Source: Bilabrum cf. latius
Taxonomy: Eukaryota
NCBI GenBank assembly: GCA_965178125.1
Contig: OZ237761.1
Coordinates: forward strand, 310,001 to 374,000
Length of the DNA: 64,000 bases
Direction of reading: 5' to 3'
Shown here: one piece after another, positions 12,079-23,600 of the stretch
Position numbering within the stretch: the stretch's first letter is position 1
How the letters are laid out: the number at the start of each line of letters is the position of its first letter
Notes under the pieces: model-generated
What the model was told of the DNA's origin: nothing
What the model saw: the letters and a program-made list of their open reading frames with translations, nothing else
Databases searched by the model: none
Program-made: the position numbers and the translations under genes

Positions 12079-15000
12079 ATGTTACACCATATGAGCACTG
12101 TATGTGCTTTCGTTCTTACCATTGGGGCACATGCCATGTTCGAAGACGAGGCAGGTACCATGACATGGGTCCGCGAGCACGTCGGAGTACCAACGAAGAT
12201 GGATTGGTACGAATCAGCCAAGGGTTCCGGGGCAATCGTTGCAACGGACGAGGGTGTTATAGCATCAATGGATCTCCGATCCCATAGCCTGAAGTGGCGA
12301 GCCGTGTTGCCAGAGCGTAAGCCCAAGTATCGGCTCAAGCCAACAGCTGGATCACGAGTTGTGACCGAATTCGCACGGATTCCCTTCGTCGCATGCTGCT
12401 CTCGTATTTCGCAGGCGAGACGTTTACCACGACGGCTGTTACGAAGGGCTCTGTTGTCGCGGCTTCATTCGATAAGTCTCGGGGCGGGTGCACGATTCGA
12501 GCGTACGAGCGATCGGACGGCCGTCTGCGCTGGGACGCCCTGGTGGGAGTAGATATCGGGTCTGAGGACGCCACCCAGTAGCTCGGTGCAGTGAGCATCC
12601 GAGTCGTCGGTCCTGACAAGCCCACTGGCCCCCACAAGGCGCTCGTCACGTGCGGCCCCACGGTGGCGGCGCTGTCACTCGTCACGGGCGATGAGCTCTG
12701 GACTCTCGACCTGGACGACGGGCAGGTTGCAACCGAGGGTGGCCCGTGGGTGGCCCTGGCGGCCGATGCCAACCCCTCAGCTAGCGGAACCGCCGGCGCC
12801 GCGACTCTCCTCGTCGCTGCCGGGCGCCTGGCTCCAGGCACTACTGCCGTCGGCTCCTCCTCCTCCTCCTCCACACCGCTGCTGCTGTCAGCTCGCGCAG
12901 TGGCGATCGAGGTGACGAGTGGAGAGGCCGGTGCCCCCGTCACGATGCTGGAGAACTTCCCTGTGCTGGTCCCGGCTTCGGCCTCGGGGGCAGCGGCAGC
13001 GGCAGTCGTCGCTCGCGGAGCCACTTTGGCGTCCCTCGGGGGGGTTGCCATCGCCGCGATCGGATCGGATGGATCGACCGCTAAGGTTGCAACCGCATCG
13101 GTCGGGTCATCGGGGTCGATCCAAACCGGAACAATGGACGCGTCAGCGGGTCCCGGATCCGAGTCGCCGTTCCGGAGCCTGTCCGTGGTGAGCGGGGCCG
13201 CCTGGGTAGCCCCAGCTTCTAGGGCCAAGGCGGACGGCTGGTCCGCGCACGGTGCACTCATCACACTGGTGCGGTCCGACGGGAGCACCGCAGTCGTGGG
13301 GCACAGCGCCAGAGCCGGCGGGGAACAGGACGAGGGCTCCCCCGCTGCATCCGCCAGGGTGCTCGGGTGGGCTGGCCCCGTGGCTGCCACCGGTGGATCG
13401 AGCGTGCACGTGCCGTCCAAAAACGCGAAGAGTCCCGGGACGCACGGACATCACGCGGTCGAGATGGTCGCCAGGGAAGGCGGCTCTGCGGAATCGACAG
13501 GCGCCGCGCACGCTGCGGTGGGGCTGTCGCTGCTACCGGTGCCTGGTTCGAGCAGCGGCCTCACCTGCGTGGTCTTCTCCCAGGGCGCACCACTGCAAGG
13601 CGATGCACCTGCGGGCGACTCATCTCCCAAGCCCGCGTCACAGGCTCACGCGCTGCACTACCCTTGCGGCGCCGCGCAATCCACTGATGGTTCCGCACAG
13701 CGGCCCGAGGTCTCCAGCCGCCGCTTCCTCCTGCCCGCGGGCAGCACCCGCGGGGCCACCGTGGCGCTGTTCCCCAGCCGCTGCAGGGAACACAAAGGCA
13801 GCAGCAGCAAGTCGAGCGATTGGCTGGATGCTTGGCTTGGGGGGGGCGCTGGGGGCAGCAGCAGCAGCGGAAGCATCAGCAGCAGGTCCCGCCTGTGCGG
13901 CCTGCAGTCGACCGCCGACGGTGCCCTGACCGGCCGTGGGTCCGACGTCCACCACCCCTGGACCTCGGAGGAATCCGTGGGGAGGGCGAGGACCGTGCTG
14001 GCAGTCGAGGCATCACCCACGGGGGGAGTGAGCACGGCCTCTGGCCGCGACGGGTCCAAAGCAGGCCGCGCCACAAGCAGGCTGCATGGCGTGAGGGAAG
14101 AGATCGCAGCGGACCCTGCCCTGAGTTTCAGCGCCCGGATGGGTTCCCAGCTCCATGCCGTCCTGGATGCAACCGCAGCCGTGCAGCAGGCGGCAAGCGC
14201 GGTGGCTGCAGACCCGATGAGCCTCCTGGACGCAGCCTCCTGGGAGTCGTGGGCCTCATCGATCAGCGGGCAGCTCGCAGCGGGTGCGTCCTCGTACGCT
14301 GGCAAGGGCAGGCACACTCGCGAGAGGCTGCTGATTGCAGTGGCACCCCCGCGGCTGCCCGAGAGCGCTGCAAGCCGCGGGATGGCACCGCTCACCGGCG
14401 GGATCGTGGCACTGCTCGGGCGCACTGGTGCCGTGTCCTGGTCCAGGTCGTTCCCACTCGGCGGTGGGGCCGTGCAGGTGCGCGGCGCCGCCGCAGTTCC
14501 GCTGCGGAGCTCGCCCCTGGGCCAGGCGCCACCGGAGATTCTGGTCGTGGAGACTGCATCTGGTCCAGGCACCAGCGGCAAGCCCGTCGTGAGGATGACC
14601 GTTGTGGATGCGTGGAGCGGGGAGACGCTGTCGTCGGCCGCTGCCAAAGGGAAAGCACAGCAGGTCGTGCCACTCCCTGTGGAGGACGAGCACGGCAGGC
14701 AGGCGGTTCTCGTGATCGCGTCCACCGCTACTGCCGGGCAAGATGAGACAGAAGCGGCGGCCTCCTCGCAGGTGGCCTACCTGGTCCCGAGCACGCCCCA
14801 GACCAGGCAGAGACTGGGCGAGATCTCGTCCACACTCGTCATCCATTCCGAGCGTCGCGCGGCGCCCGGTTCCGCGAGCCCGGATTACGTCGACGGCCTC
14901 GCCCTCTCTGGCCCGGCCCTCGATGAGGCCCTCGAGGGGGCAGTGGCCAGCAGGGAGGCGGGGCTGGGCGAGGACGAGCTCCTGGTGACGGGCCCCGTGC

Positions 15001-16178
15001 CCGTGGAGACCATCTGGTCCTTGTCATCCAGGTCTGCAGGGGCGCTCCTGATGGACGGCTTGGACGAGAGCGAGGATGAAGCCTCAGCGAGCGAGGAGTC
15101 AGCGGCCGCTCCCGCCAACGACAGGCTGCTCGCTGTGTCGTCTCCTCTCGGCGAAACCGAGAGGAAGTCGCAGGCCGACCAGATGTCCGCTGGACTGGCC
15201 CTGGGAGATGACTCTGTGCTGGTCAGGTACCCTTCTGCCCACCTGCTGGCGGTTGTTACTGGGTCTGAGGCCGGCGGCAGGGGGCCTCCTCCCGCGAGCG
15301 GCTCGGACGCATCGGGTTTGCCAGCTCTTGCCGCGGGTGGGAGCGATGGTGCGGCAGGTACCGCTCTCGTGTCTGCTTCGGGTGCGCTCGCTGTGGAAGC
15401 GCCCAAGCCGAGCCAGCAGTCAATCACTGTCAGGCTGGTGGACGCGGTGTCGGGAAGGGTGCTGTACTCCAAGAGGCACCTACAGGCAAGCGGGCCCGCC
15501 TCGGTGGCCAGGCTAGCGGACGGCGTGGCCGTGTCCTACTGGCAGTCAAAGGCCAACAGGTACGAGCTTGTGGTACTCCAGCCGAACCTGGGCGCCATCC
15601 CGAGGTTCGGGCTGAACCCCTTTCAGCAGCCAAAGGCTGCCGCTGCTGTGAGCAAGCCACGCTCCGCATTCGCGGCAACTGCGCCCCGCGTGCTGGAGCA
15701 AAAGTACGTGCTGCCGGTCGGCGTGCAGGCCATGGGCGCCACCGTCACCAGGGGGGGCATCAACCGCCGGCAGGTGCTGGTTGCAACTCCTCAGGGAACA
15801 GTGTACGCGATGGATGAGTCGATGTTGAGCCCCCGGCGACCCGCGGGCAAGCCAACGGACGCTGACAAGAAGGAGGGGCTGGCCATGTACTCGCCCTACC
15901 TGCCTCTGGTGCACCTGAGGATGCCCACGCACAGCGTTGCCGTGGCTCGACCGCGCAGCGTGACGAGCGCTGCCGCCGCGCTAGAGAGCACGAGCATGGT
16001 GGTGCTGAGTGGACTGGATCTGTTCGTGGGCAAGACCCGGCCCACGACCGCTTTCGATGCCCTGCCCCCGGACTTTAACTTTGCGGTGACTGGGGCGCTC
16101 GTGCTCGGAGCAGTTGTGCTGGCGGTGACGTCTGTGGTTTTGCTGCGGCAGAGGCGCCTAGCAGACGCGTGGCGGTGA
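12079..16178 (+). CDS. EMC1: ER membrane protein complex subunit 1
   Basis: Signal peptide followed by AMFEDEAGTMTWVREHVG. C-terminal EMC1 motifs LGDDSVLVRY, LVDAVSGRVLY, TVTRGGINRRQVL, LSPRRP, LESTSMVVLSGLDLF..PTTAFDALPPDFNF, a TM helix and LADAW. Intron 12317-12414. One TAG at 12579. Ends at TGA. Confidence 0.88.
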
Positions 16179-16282
16179 GTGAGGCATATCTAGATTCCGG
16201 ATGCGTGGTTGCCTCGGATCGGATCAGAGGGTGGCTCGCCGTATCCATGGATGTACCCTAGGTGTCCATAGGCCGTCTATGA

Positions 16283-19200
16283 TCAAATCTCGTTCATTTC
16301 AAACCCAAGCACACCGACCAGACCAAGAACAGACTAACACACGATAACCCTCACGCCCTCTTCTCTAGCTTCAACCTCGGTAAGATCCGACACAGCACCA
16401 GCACCAGGTGTTGCCGCGAACTTGGTCCTGGCCGCGACATGCAGCGCTTTGCTAGAAAGGAGCAGGTCTGGGTATCTCGTGCTAGGATCAGCTCTGCTTT
16501 CCTATGCCGATCCAAATGCAGCGCTTGAAGGTACACCTTTCGAATCAAGCTACTGAGCACAAGCCGCATGACCTCGCGACTCGCTGGTGTCATCATTTTC
16601 TCTGCTGCTTGAGGTGCGCCCAGCTTCCCTGATCTGCTGGATACCTTCGTCGGTCACATTCGCCGTCACGATGCTTCCATGGGCCGCAGGCGTGGCCCCC
16701 GTGGCCAATGGGTGCCCGGCAGCCGCGGTTTCCAGCTCTTTGAGCGTGTTTCTACCGCGGCCCGTCAGCACCAGCACAGGGCGCAGACCTGAGCGCATCC
16801 CGCATAGCAGGTCAGTGGCCCGATCGCCCACGAAGTAGCCTTTCAGGACTGCTGCAGCGCTGCTGCCGACCTTCTCACCCTTCCCCTCTTGTTGCCTTTT
16901 TGGTCGAGGGGCAACCTGCAGCAAGTGCCGGGCAAGCAGCTGGACCATGTCAGTGTTCGGCTTGGCATCAGCAGTGCTGCCGTATGCCTCAGCACACACT
17001 GGTGCTCTTGCATCACCGGTGGTAAACGTGATCGCATCTGGCACAGGTGCTGCGCGCATGTCTTCAAATGCCGCCAGCTATTGTTCCTTCGCGAATGGCA
17101 CTGTACTAGTCGCCTCGCGCTCTCCGCCGAGAACGCGATCAAGGATACCAAGTACAGTTGATGGCTTTTTGTGAGCTGATACAGACATCTCGTCTACAGG
17201 GAGCCCAATCTGCGCGCCACTGCGCCGTTCTGCTGCTTGTTTTGCCTGCAAGTGCTCCAAATACTGCGCCTGCATGAGTTCGCACAGGCGGTCCATCACG
17301 GCGTGGACCGTGTCTTCCGTCACATGGCCCCCGCCCACGCACGACTGGGACGACAGCACGCCAACGGCATACCCGGCCCTCTTGGCAGCCGCGATAGCAA
17401 GGCCCGCGCCCGGTACTGCCTCGATCACGGAAGGTCCGTACCTATAAGCCGCTCTCTCATTCAGCACGCCGTCGCGGTCAAACACCACGAGCCCATTGCA
17501 CGCAAACGCTTGTGTGAGAGCCCCACTATCCGAACCGTAAGAGACTCCATTTGTGTCCGTTATTTCATGCTTAGGGTATACCTCCGCTGCTGAGGCGGCG
17601 CTTGCCTCATCAGGCGCTAGAGGCAGTGCATGAGACGGCCTCCCGGCTGGTTGAACACCTGCTGGCAGCCGCCATACGATGTCGAAATTTGTTGCGTTCA
17701 CCTAGTCTCTGCCCGGTCCTGCATTCTTTCCGGATCCGGATCCAGATGCATACCTCAACGGCGTTTCGGCAGACAGGGCCGGCTCCAGGAGCGGCCTGAG
17801 GATTGGCGGGGGACCGGCAAATTCTGCTAGCCGGAGCAAGCCGCACCTCCAGTACATCTAGCTGGAAGCTGGACCGCACGTCTCATCTGCCGGCCCTTCA
17901 GGTTGAATCAGGCTGATCCATCGATCCACAGACAGGTGGGCCTTGGGCTGCTCGCAAAAAGGAGCCGCACAATTCTTCTTTGCGCCTTTGGCCTCAAACA
18001 ATGGCTTGCTGCTGCTGTCGCAATCCAGTGCAATCGCCACGTCAGTGATGCTGAAGCTAGTCTCGTGAACGATGCAGCCGAACGGAAATATGCCCAGCTC
18101 GGGTGCGGCCACCTGCCATACTCCTGGGTAAAGCTCTTGGATCCCGCCTTGCTCAGTCTACTAGTTGCGATCATCTGCACCTGCACCTGCACCTGCACCT
18201 GCACCTGCACCTGCACCTGCACCTGCACCTGCACCTGCACCTGCACCTGCACCTGCACCTGCACCTGCACCTGCACCTGCACCTGCACCTGCACCTGCAC
18301 CTGCACCTGCACCTGCACCTGCACCTGCACCTGCACCTGCACCTGCAGTAGTACCCGCTTCAGCGCTTGCACTCGCAGGGCTAGAATCAGTAGTAGCACC
18401 TGAATGCGAACCCTTGCCGCAAATGGCAGCATCTCGAGTTTGCCAGCCAGCGGCTCCACCACGACAGCAAAGCCTTGCCTCCCAGCCAAGTGACAGAGGC
18501 CACAGCCCCGCTGTATCTGAGCACATAATCACAGAGATAGGAAGGCTAGAAACTCCTACTGTACTGCTGCTGAAGGTTTTTGCAGCTGGTGCCGGTGCCG
18601 GTGCTGCTGCGCTCACATCTCGAAGCGAAGAGCCTGTTGAGGGCAACACGGCGCCAAGAGCGGGAGAGCATGAGGGCAGTGCTCGTCTCGACTGAATCCA
18701 CCGAGACATCCTCCTGGCAATATCGTGACCTTCCCAAAGGCAGCCGCTGCCTTCTTCAAGTTCCATCGGGTGGGGCTTTTTCCACCAGCTGAACTCTCCA
18801 GGGATCGAGCCGTCCTGCTTCGGCGTACCACAAGTTGTACCGTCTCCGGCGACAGCAGATCCTCCTCCGGACTCTGTTGCCGCTGAAAGACTCGATGGGG
18901 TACTAGCGCATTTGAGTGGGAACCGCTACATGAGGACCGAAACAGATATGCGCTCTGATTCCCGAGGACTTCTGGTGCTGCAAGCTCGCAGGAACTTGCT
19001 CCAGTGGCTCCCGATCCTGCGAGGAGCGTAAACGCGGGGCAACCGGCGGCGTGCACCAGCGCCTGCGTGTGTGTGACTGCAATCAGTACTTGGTGCGTGT
19101 GTCGTCCATGATTGCATGGAATCCATGAAGCCGCTCAATGCGACTGCTCTCCGATGCTGCTCCGTTGGTTCCAGTTCTCGTTCTAATCTGTCATCGAGAC

Positions 19201-19585
19201 CGAGCGTCGTGCATTCCTGGAGAAACACATTCGTAGCGGTGCCAGGGCTGCGTCTTTGCATATCCTAAAGCACTGCTCGTAGAATGCTATGGTCGCGTGC
19301 ATCTCCGATAATTATTACAGGGACAACTGCGCTCGCCAAACAGAGCAACAAATGCATTGCCGATTCGAAGTCATCGGGACTACCGATGCAGTGATCATCA
19401 ATCTACTGCTATTGACAATTGTCACGCATCAATACAGAGCCGCAAACAACCACCATGTCTGGGTTTGTCCTAGCAACAGCAGCTGCCACAATTCGGCGGA
19501 CCTCTCTGGGCCGTCTCCGGACAGACCGGGCCGATGTAGCTCCAGCCACACATACATGAAGATCCCCAAGCTGCAAAATTCTCAT
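16283..19585 (-). CDS. ~1100-aa fusion of a degenerate N-terminal calcineurin-like metallophosphoesterase domain and a C-terminal HAD-IIIA (GmhB/HisB-like) phosphatase
   Basis: N-terminus MRILQLGDLHV...PDMVVVCG...VPVIIIGDARDH. HAD motifs VVFDRDGVLN, VLSSQS, KPNTDM and FVGDRATDLLCGMRSGLRPVLVLTGRG. A single frame from ATG 19585 to TGA 16283 is interrupted only by TAG codons (about 12). Confidence 0.7.
18175..18347. repeat. (CTGCAC)n microsatellite, ~28 perfect units, encoding a poly(Ala-Gly) linker on the minus strand
   Basis: Directly visible perfect hexamer array, in frame within the 16283-19585 gene. Confidence 0.95.
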
Positions 19586-19716
19586 GTTGGGGCTAGCATT
19601 TTGCAGCGATATGGCATTGTTCGGCGGCTATAGGTGCAATCGTCATTCGTTGAGACTGTTGACGAGCAGCTGATCAGCAACTTGTCTCACATATAGAGCG
19701 CTTGCTCGGCCAGACC

Positions 19717-20331
19717 ATGGCGCAAGATCCGAGGTAGCTCCAAGAGATGCAGCGAATCATGCGAGAGAAGGGAATGGGTGATACGCGCAAGGCTGGAGAG
19801 ATGGGCAAGTTCAGAAGGCAGCCTGACTGGCTGTACCTTACTCCCTTGATATTCGCGCCGACCCTTCCACTTATCCGAATTGTGTTCAGGTAAGTCCTGT
19901 AGCGATTGATTCTGAAGTCGCCCGGCAGTTTGCATCCATATGTAGGCTGATAGCTCGCCTTGCCGGTCTTGCGTTGCACATGATTCTCAAGCAACTATTT
20001 GCAATAGTACGGGCAGCTCTGATACGATACGTAAATGTATATTGTGCATTTTCCAACATGATGCGACTACCTTTGCACTGTCGAAGAAATAATTGCCCCT
20101 GCACGCTTTCGCAGGAAGCAGCCAGTCCTACGCGATCGCCTTTTTTTCGGTGGAATAGCCCTTGGTCTTATGCATGGTGCGTGGCTTATTGGCAGGTCAT
20201 ATGATCTAGCTGATGAGCGCAAGGAAGCAGCCAAGAAGAAGCGGGTTGCTCAGATGAAAGAGGCGGCAGCGGAGGCAGAATCTGGCGCAGGGACCCAAAA
20301 AAGCGACCAAGGCTGGATTGATAGAGAATGA
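19717..20331 (+). CDS. Small two-helix membrane protein (~130 aa), function unknown
   Basis: MAQDPR[TAG]LQEMQR...WLYLTPLIFAPTLPLIRIVF, then intron 19890-20114 (GTAAGT..GCAG), then RKQPVLRDRLFFGGIALGLMHGAWLIG...DRE and TGA. The standard-code ORF track misses it. Confidence 0.65.
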
Positions 20332-20661
20332 TTTGCCAATTTGGTCGCACGTGGCTTGAATTTGACTCGGATGCACAGCTAGATCAGATATTTATCATAC
20401 CGACCTTGTGGGAGGCGAGCAAGTGCTTGCTTGGAATTCACGTGGTGCAGTGGCGATAGGCAAGCATGATCGAAACGACATTTGCTTGATATGTTGCTCT
20501 CCCATGAGTGACGAAGACTACTACTTTGACAGTTGTTCGGGTCATTTCGGGTAGGGATGGCTCTCCACCCAGGCCCCAATACGGACCCACATGCCCCCCG
20601 TGCTGCGAGGGCCCAGCTAGCAAGCAGCCCGCATGCTGCACCACACAGCCCTCTCCATCTC

Positions 20662-23600
20662 TCACACCCGCGCCTGCATGGGATTGGAGTCGGCAAAGGT
20701 GCTCCCTTGCTGCACCTTAATGGTCAGGTCCCTGCCGGTGCCCGCGTTGACCTGCTGCATCTTCCGCGCATCCTGGTGCTTGGCACCGCTGCTGCCGCAC
20801 ATCCAGTAGTAAACCCCGCCGCAGATGCACAGAAGAACAAGGGCGCCGATGATACCCCCGATGAGAGGTGCCAGCGAGCCCCCGTCCTCGTCGTCATCTA
20901 CTGGCTCCGCGTCCTCGCGCGTCCCCGCGGCCTGCGCCACGACCACGTCCTCGGTCTGCACAGCCGTCTGGATCTCCATGGCGGATGAATCCACCGACAG
21001 GCGCGATGCGAGGGCAGGTACGGCCGCCTGCAGGTCCTCGAGCAGCCCGTTTCCACCCCTCGTTGAGTTGCTCTGCACGTAGGCCGTCACGCTGGCCTGG
21101 GCCGCGACCACGTCCACAGACTCGTCGAAGCGCAGAGATGTGTCCACCTCGATGGCAGGCGAGGCTGAAGCGGCCTGCACGCGGCGCCCCGTCGCTGCAG
21201 TGCCGCTCACCTCCGCGACCTCGTTGATGATGGCCTCGATGGCGCCTGTCCTCTCCACGAGCTTGGCCTTGTACGGCTCGGCCAGCGTGTCGAGGAACTG
21301 CGTGGGGGTGACCCCCTGAATCTTGAGGGCAGCCACCTCCACGTAGGCACCCTTGGGCTTGATCGCGGGGCTGCACATGCCTCTGGCCTCGGAGCAGACC
21401 AGCTCGCCCTGGCAGTTCTCGGCCGACAAGCAACCGAATCCCTGGGCGCACAGCCCACACTCGCCCTCTAGCTCAAAGCCGCAGTCCAGGCCGGTCTCAT
21501 CCCCGTTGAGCTGTCCATCGAAACAGGTTGGCTCTGCCTCCTCCGGGATCTACTCGGTACACGAGCCCGCGGCGTCCCGGAGCCAGCCCGGGTCGCAGAA
21601 GCACTCGTACCCAGCGGTCGAAGTCTCAGTGTCAAAGCAGACGCCGTTGCCGCAAGGCTCATCAGCGCACGGCCCCTATATCACCGCGACCTGGCAGAGG
21701 TCGCCCTCGAACAGATCGGATGCGCACTCGCACGTGAAGTCAATGCCCTTGCCGGAGGAGCAAGTAGCCCCGTTGCGGCACGGGTTGGGCACGCACGGGT
21801 CTGAGGTCGAGCTGGTCTGATCGTCATCTAGCTCCTCCACAAAGTCATCGACAGACGTGTCGTCCAGAAGCGTATCATCGGATAGCACGGCAGAGCAGAT
21901 GCCGCCGTCGGCAATCTCGTTTGCCACCATCATCCTCGTAGTCTCGGTGAGGCCAGCTTCAAGATCGGTGCCCATGCATCCGGTGATGGCCGCCTGTGCC
22001 CTACCGAGAGGGTGTTCGGCCAGCGGATGGAGGTAGATGCTTCCCCCGGCTGCAACCTCGATGCCAGTGCATGCAAGGGTCGGCGTCTCGACAAGTGGCT
22101 GGCCCTTCCCGTCCACTTCACCACTATGCGGCATGTCGACCAGCAGGAGCACTACGGCCCTGCTGCCGTCCTCGCTTCTGGATGCAGCGACCGGTGTCTG
22201 CACTGACAGAATCTCGGCGATACCACCGCCTTGGAGGAGTCGAGTTTGCCCAGACGAGCCCTCATCATCTCCAGCACTTGCCGCGGTTCCACTCAATGAG
22301 GTGATCGTTCCAATATCCTCTACGCAAAGCGTAGTGGGGTCTCCCCCCTACAACTATACAAGTTCCCAGCTGCCGCCAAAGAACTGTCCCAGAACTTGCC
22401 CTGCCGCAGCACCGCTCGCTGCTCCATCAGGCACAGTTGCATTTTCAAGTATCTTCTGGACCAGTTCGTCGCCTCCAAGACCATCTTCGAAGTCACCGAA
22501 GTCATCTTCGTCATTCTCATCGTCGTCGTCGTGGCTATCATCGTCGTCGTCGTGACCGGCATCGTCGTCGTCGTGACCGGCATCGTCGTCGTCGTGACCG
22601 GCATCGTCGTCGTCGTGACCAGCATCGTCGTCGTCGTGACCAGCATCGTCGTCGTCGTGACCAGCATCGTCGTCGTCGTGACCGGCATCGTCGTCGTCGT
22701 CGTGGCTACCACTCACAATGTCAGTGCAGTTCACCGCCTTGTTCGAGACCAGCCCCCCATCCGGTGAGACGAACGGACCGACCAAGAGCTTCTCGGCGTA
22801 CGCCGCGCACTTGATCTGTGCCTCCACGTTATCGTCGTACTGCACGTCAGGCATGTACAGGCCGTATCCGCCGAGGTTGTCAGAGCGGAATAGCACACAG
22901 CCGAAGCTCGCGGCAGCCGGCTGGCCCGAAGAAGACCCCTGCTTCCCGTCATCGTCATCGCCATCGCTGTGGTCATCATCGTGGTCCTCGTAGTCCATCT
23001 GAATGGCCAGCAGGTGCTCCTTGTTGCTCCCGAGCGGCTCCCATGCCGTGAAAGCGCTCTCGCCCACTTCTCCATCGGAGCTGATGTAGAACGTGCCGCT
23101 GCTTGCACAAGCCTGGCTCTGCTCCATATCAGGCAGAGACGCGTCGTATCCAGTTGGGAAGTAGCTGTCGAAGACGTCCATCTTGCTGGTCCAGTTGTAC
23201 TTGCTGCTGCCGCCCGCGAAGGCATCGTCATCGACACCGTCAAAATCGTCATCGTCGCCTGCATCGGTGAAGATCATATCGCACACTCCCTCCTGCGCCT
23301 CGTTGCGATGCCCAGACATTGTCATCGTGTTGGCGGTCAGCTCGTCGAAGGCCCTGCCCATGCATGATTGTCCCGCCTCGGCCACATCGTCTAGGCCCCA
23401 CGAGTCCAAGGTGTGCACCTGCACCGTGCTGCCGTCGGATCCGATCACCATGCCCGCGCACGACAGCTCGAAGTCCGTGCCGTCCGACTCGATGAACAGC
23501 ACCAGGTGCGTGCCAGTCTCGACCGTGTCGGTCCGAAGGGCCAGGGGGATCATGGTGGTCACGCTCACGCTAAACTGCTACAAGCGGCGGCGCAAGACAC

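Noticed and set aside
18175-18347. Telomeric or interstitial telomere repeat
   Set aside because: The unit does not resemble TTAGGG-type repeats and lies in frame inside a coding sequence.
17903-18695. Poly-CT, poly-HL, poly-QV and poly-AP ORFs in the track
   Set aside because: These are alternative frames of the CTGCAC microsatellite. Only the minus-strand poly-AG frame is continuous with recognisable domains.
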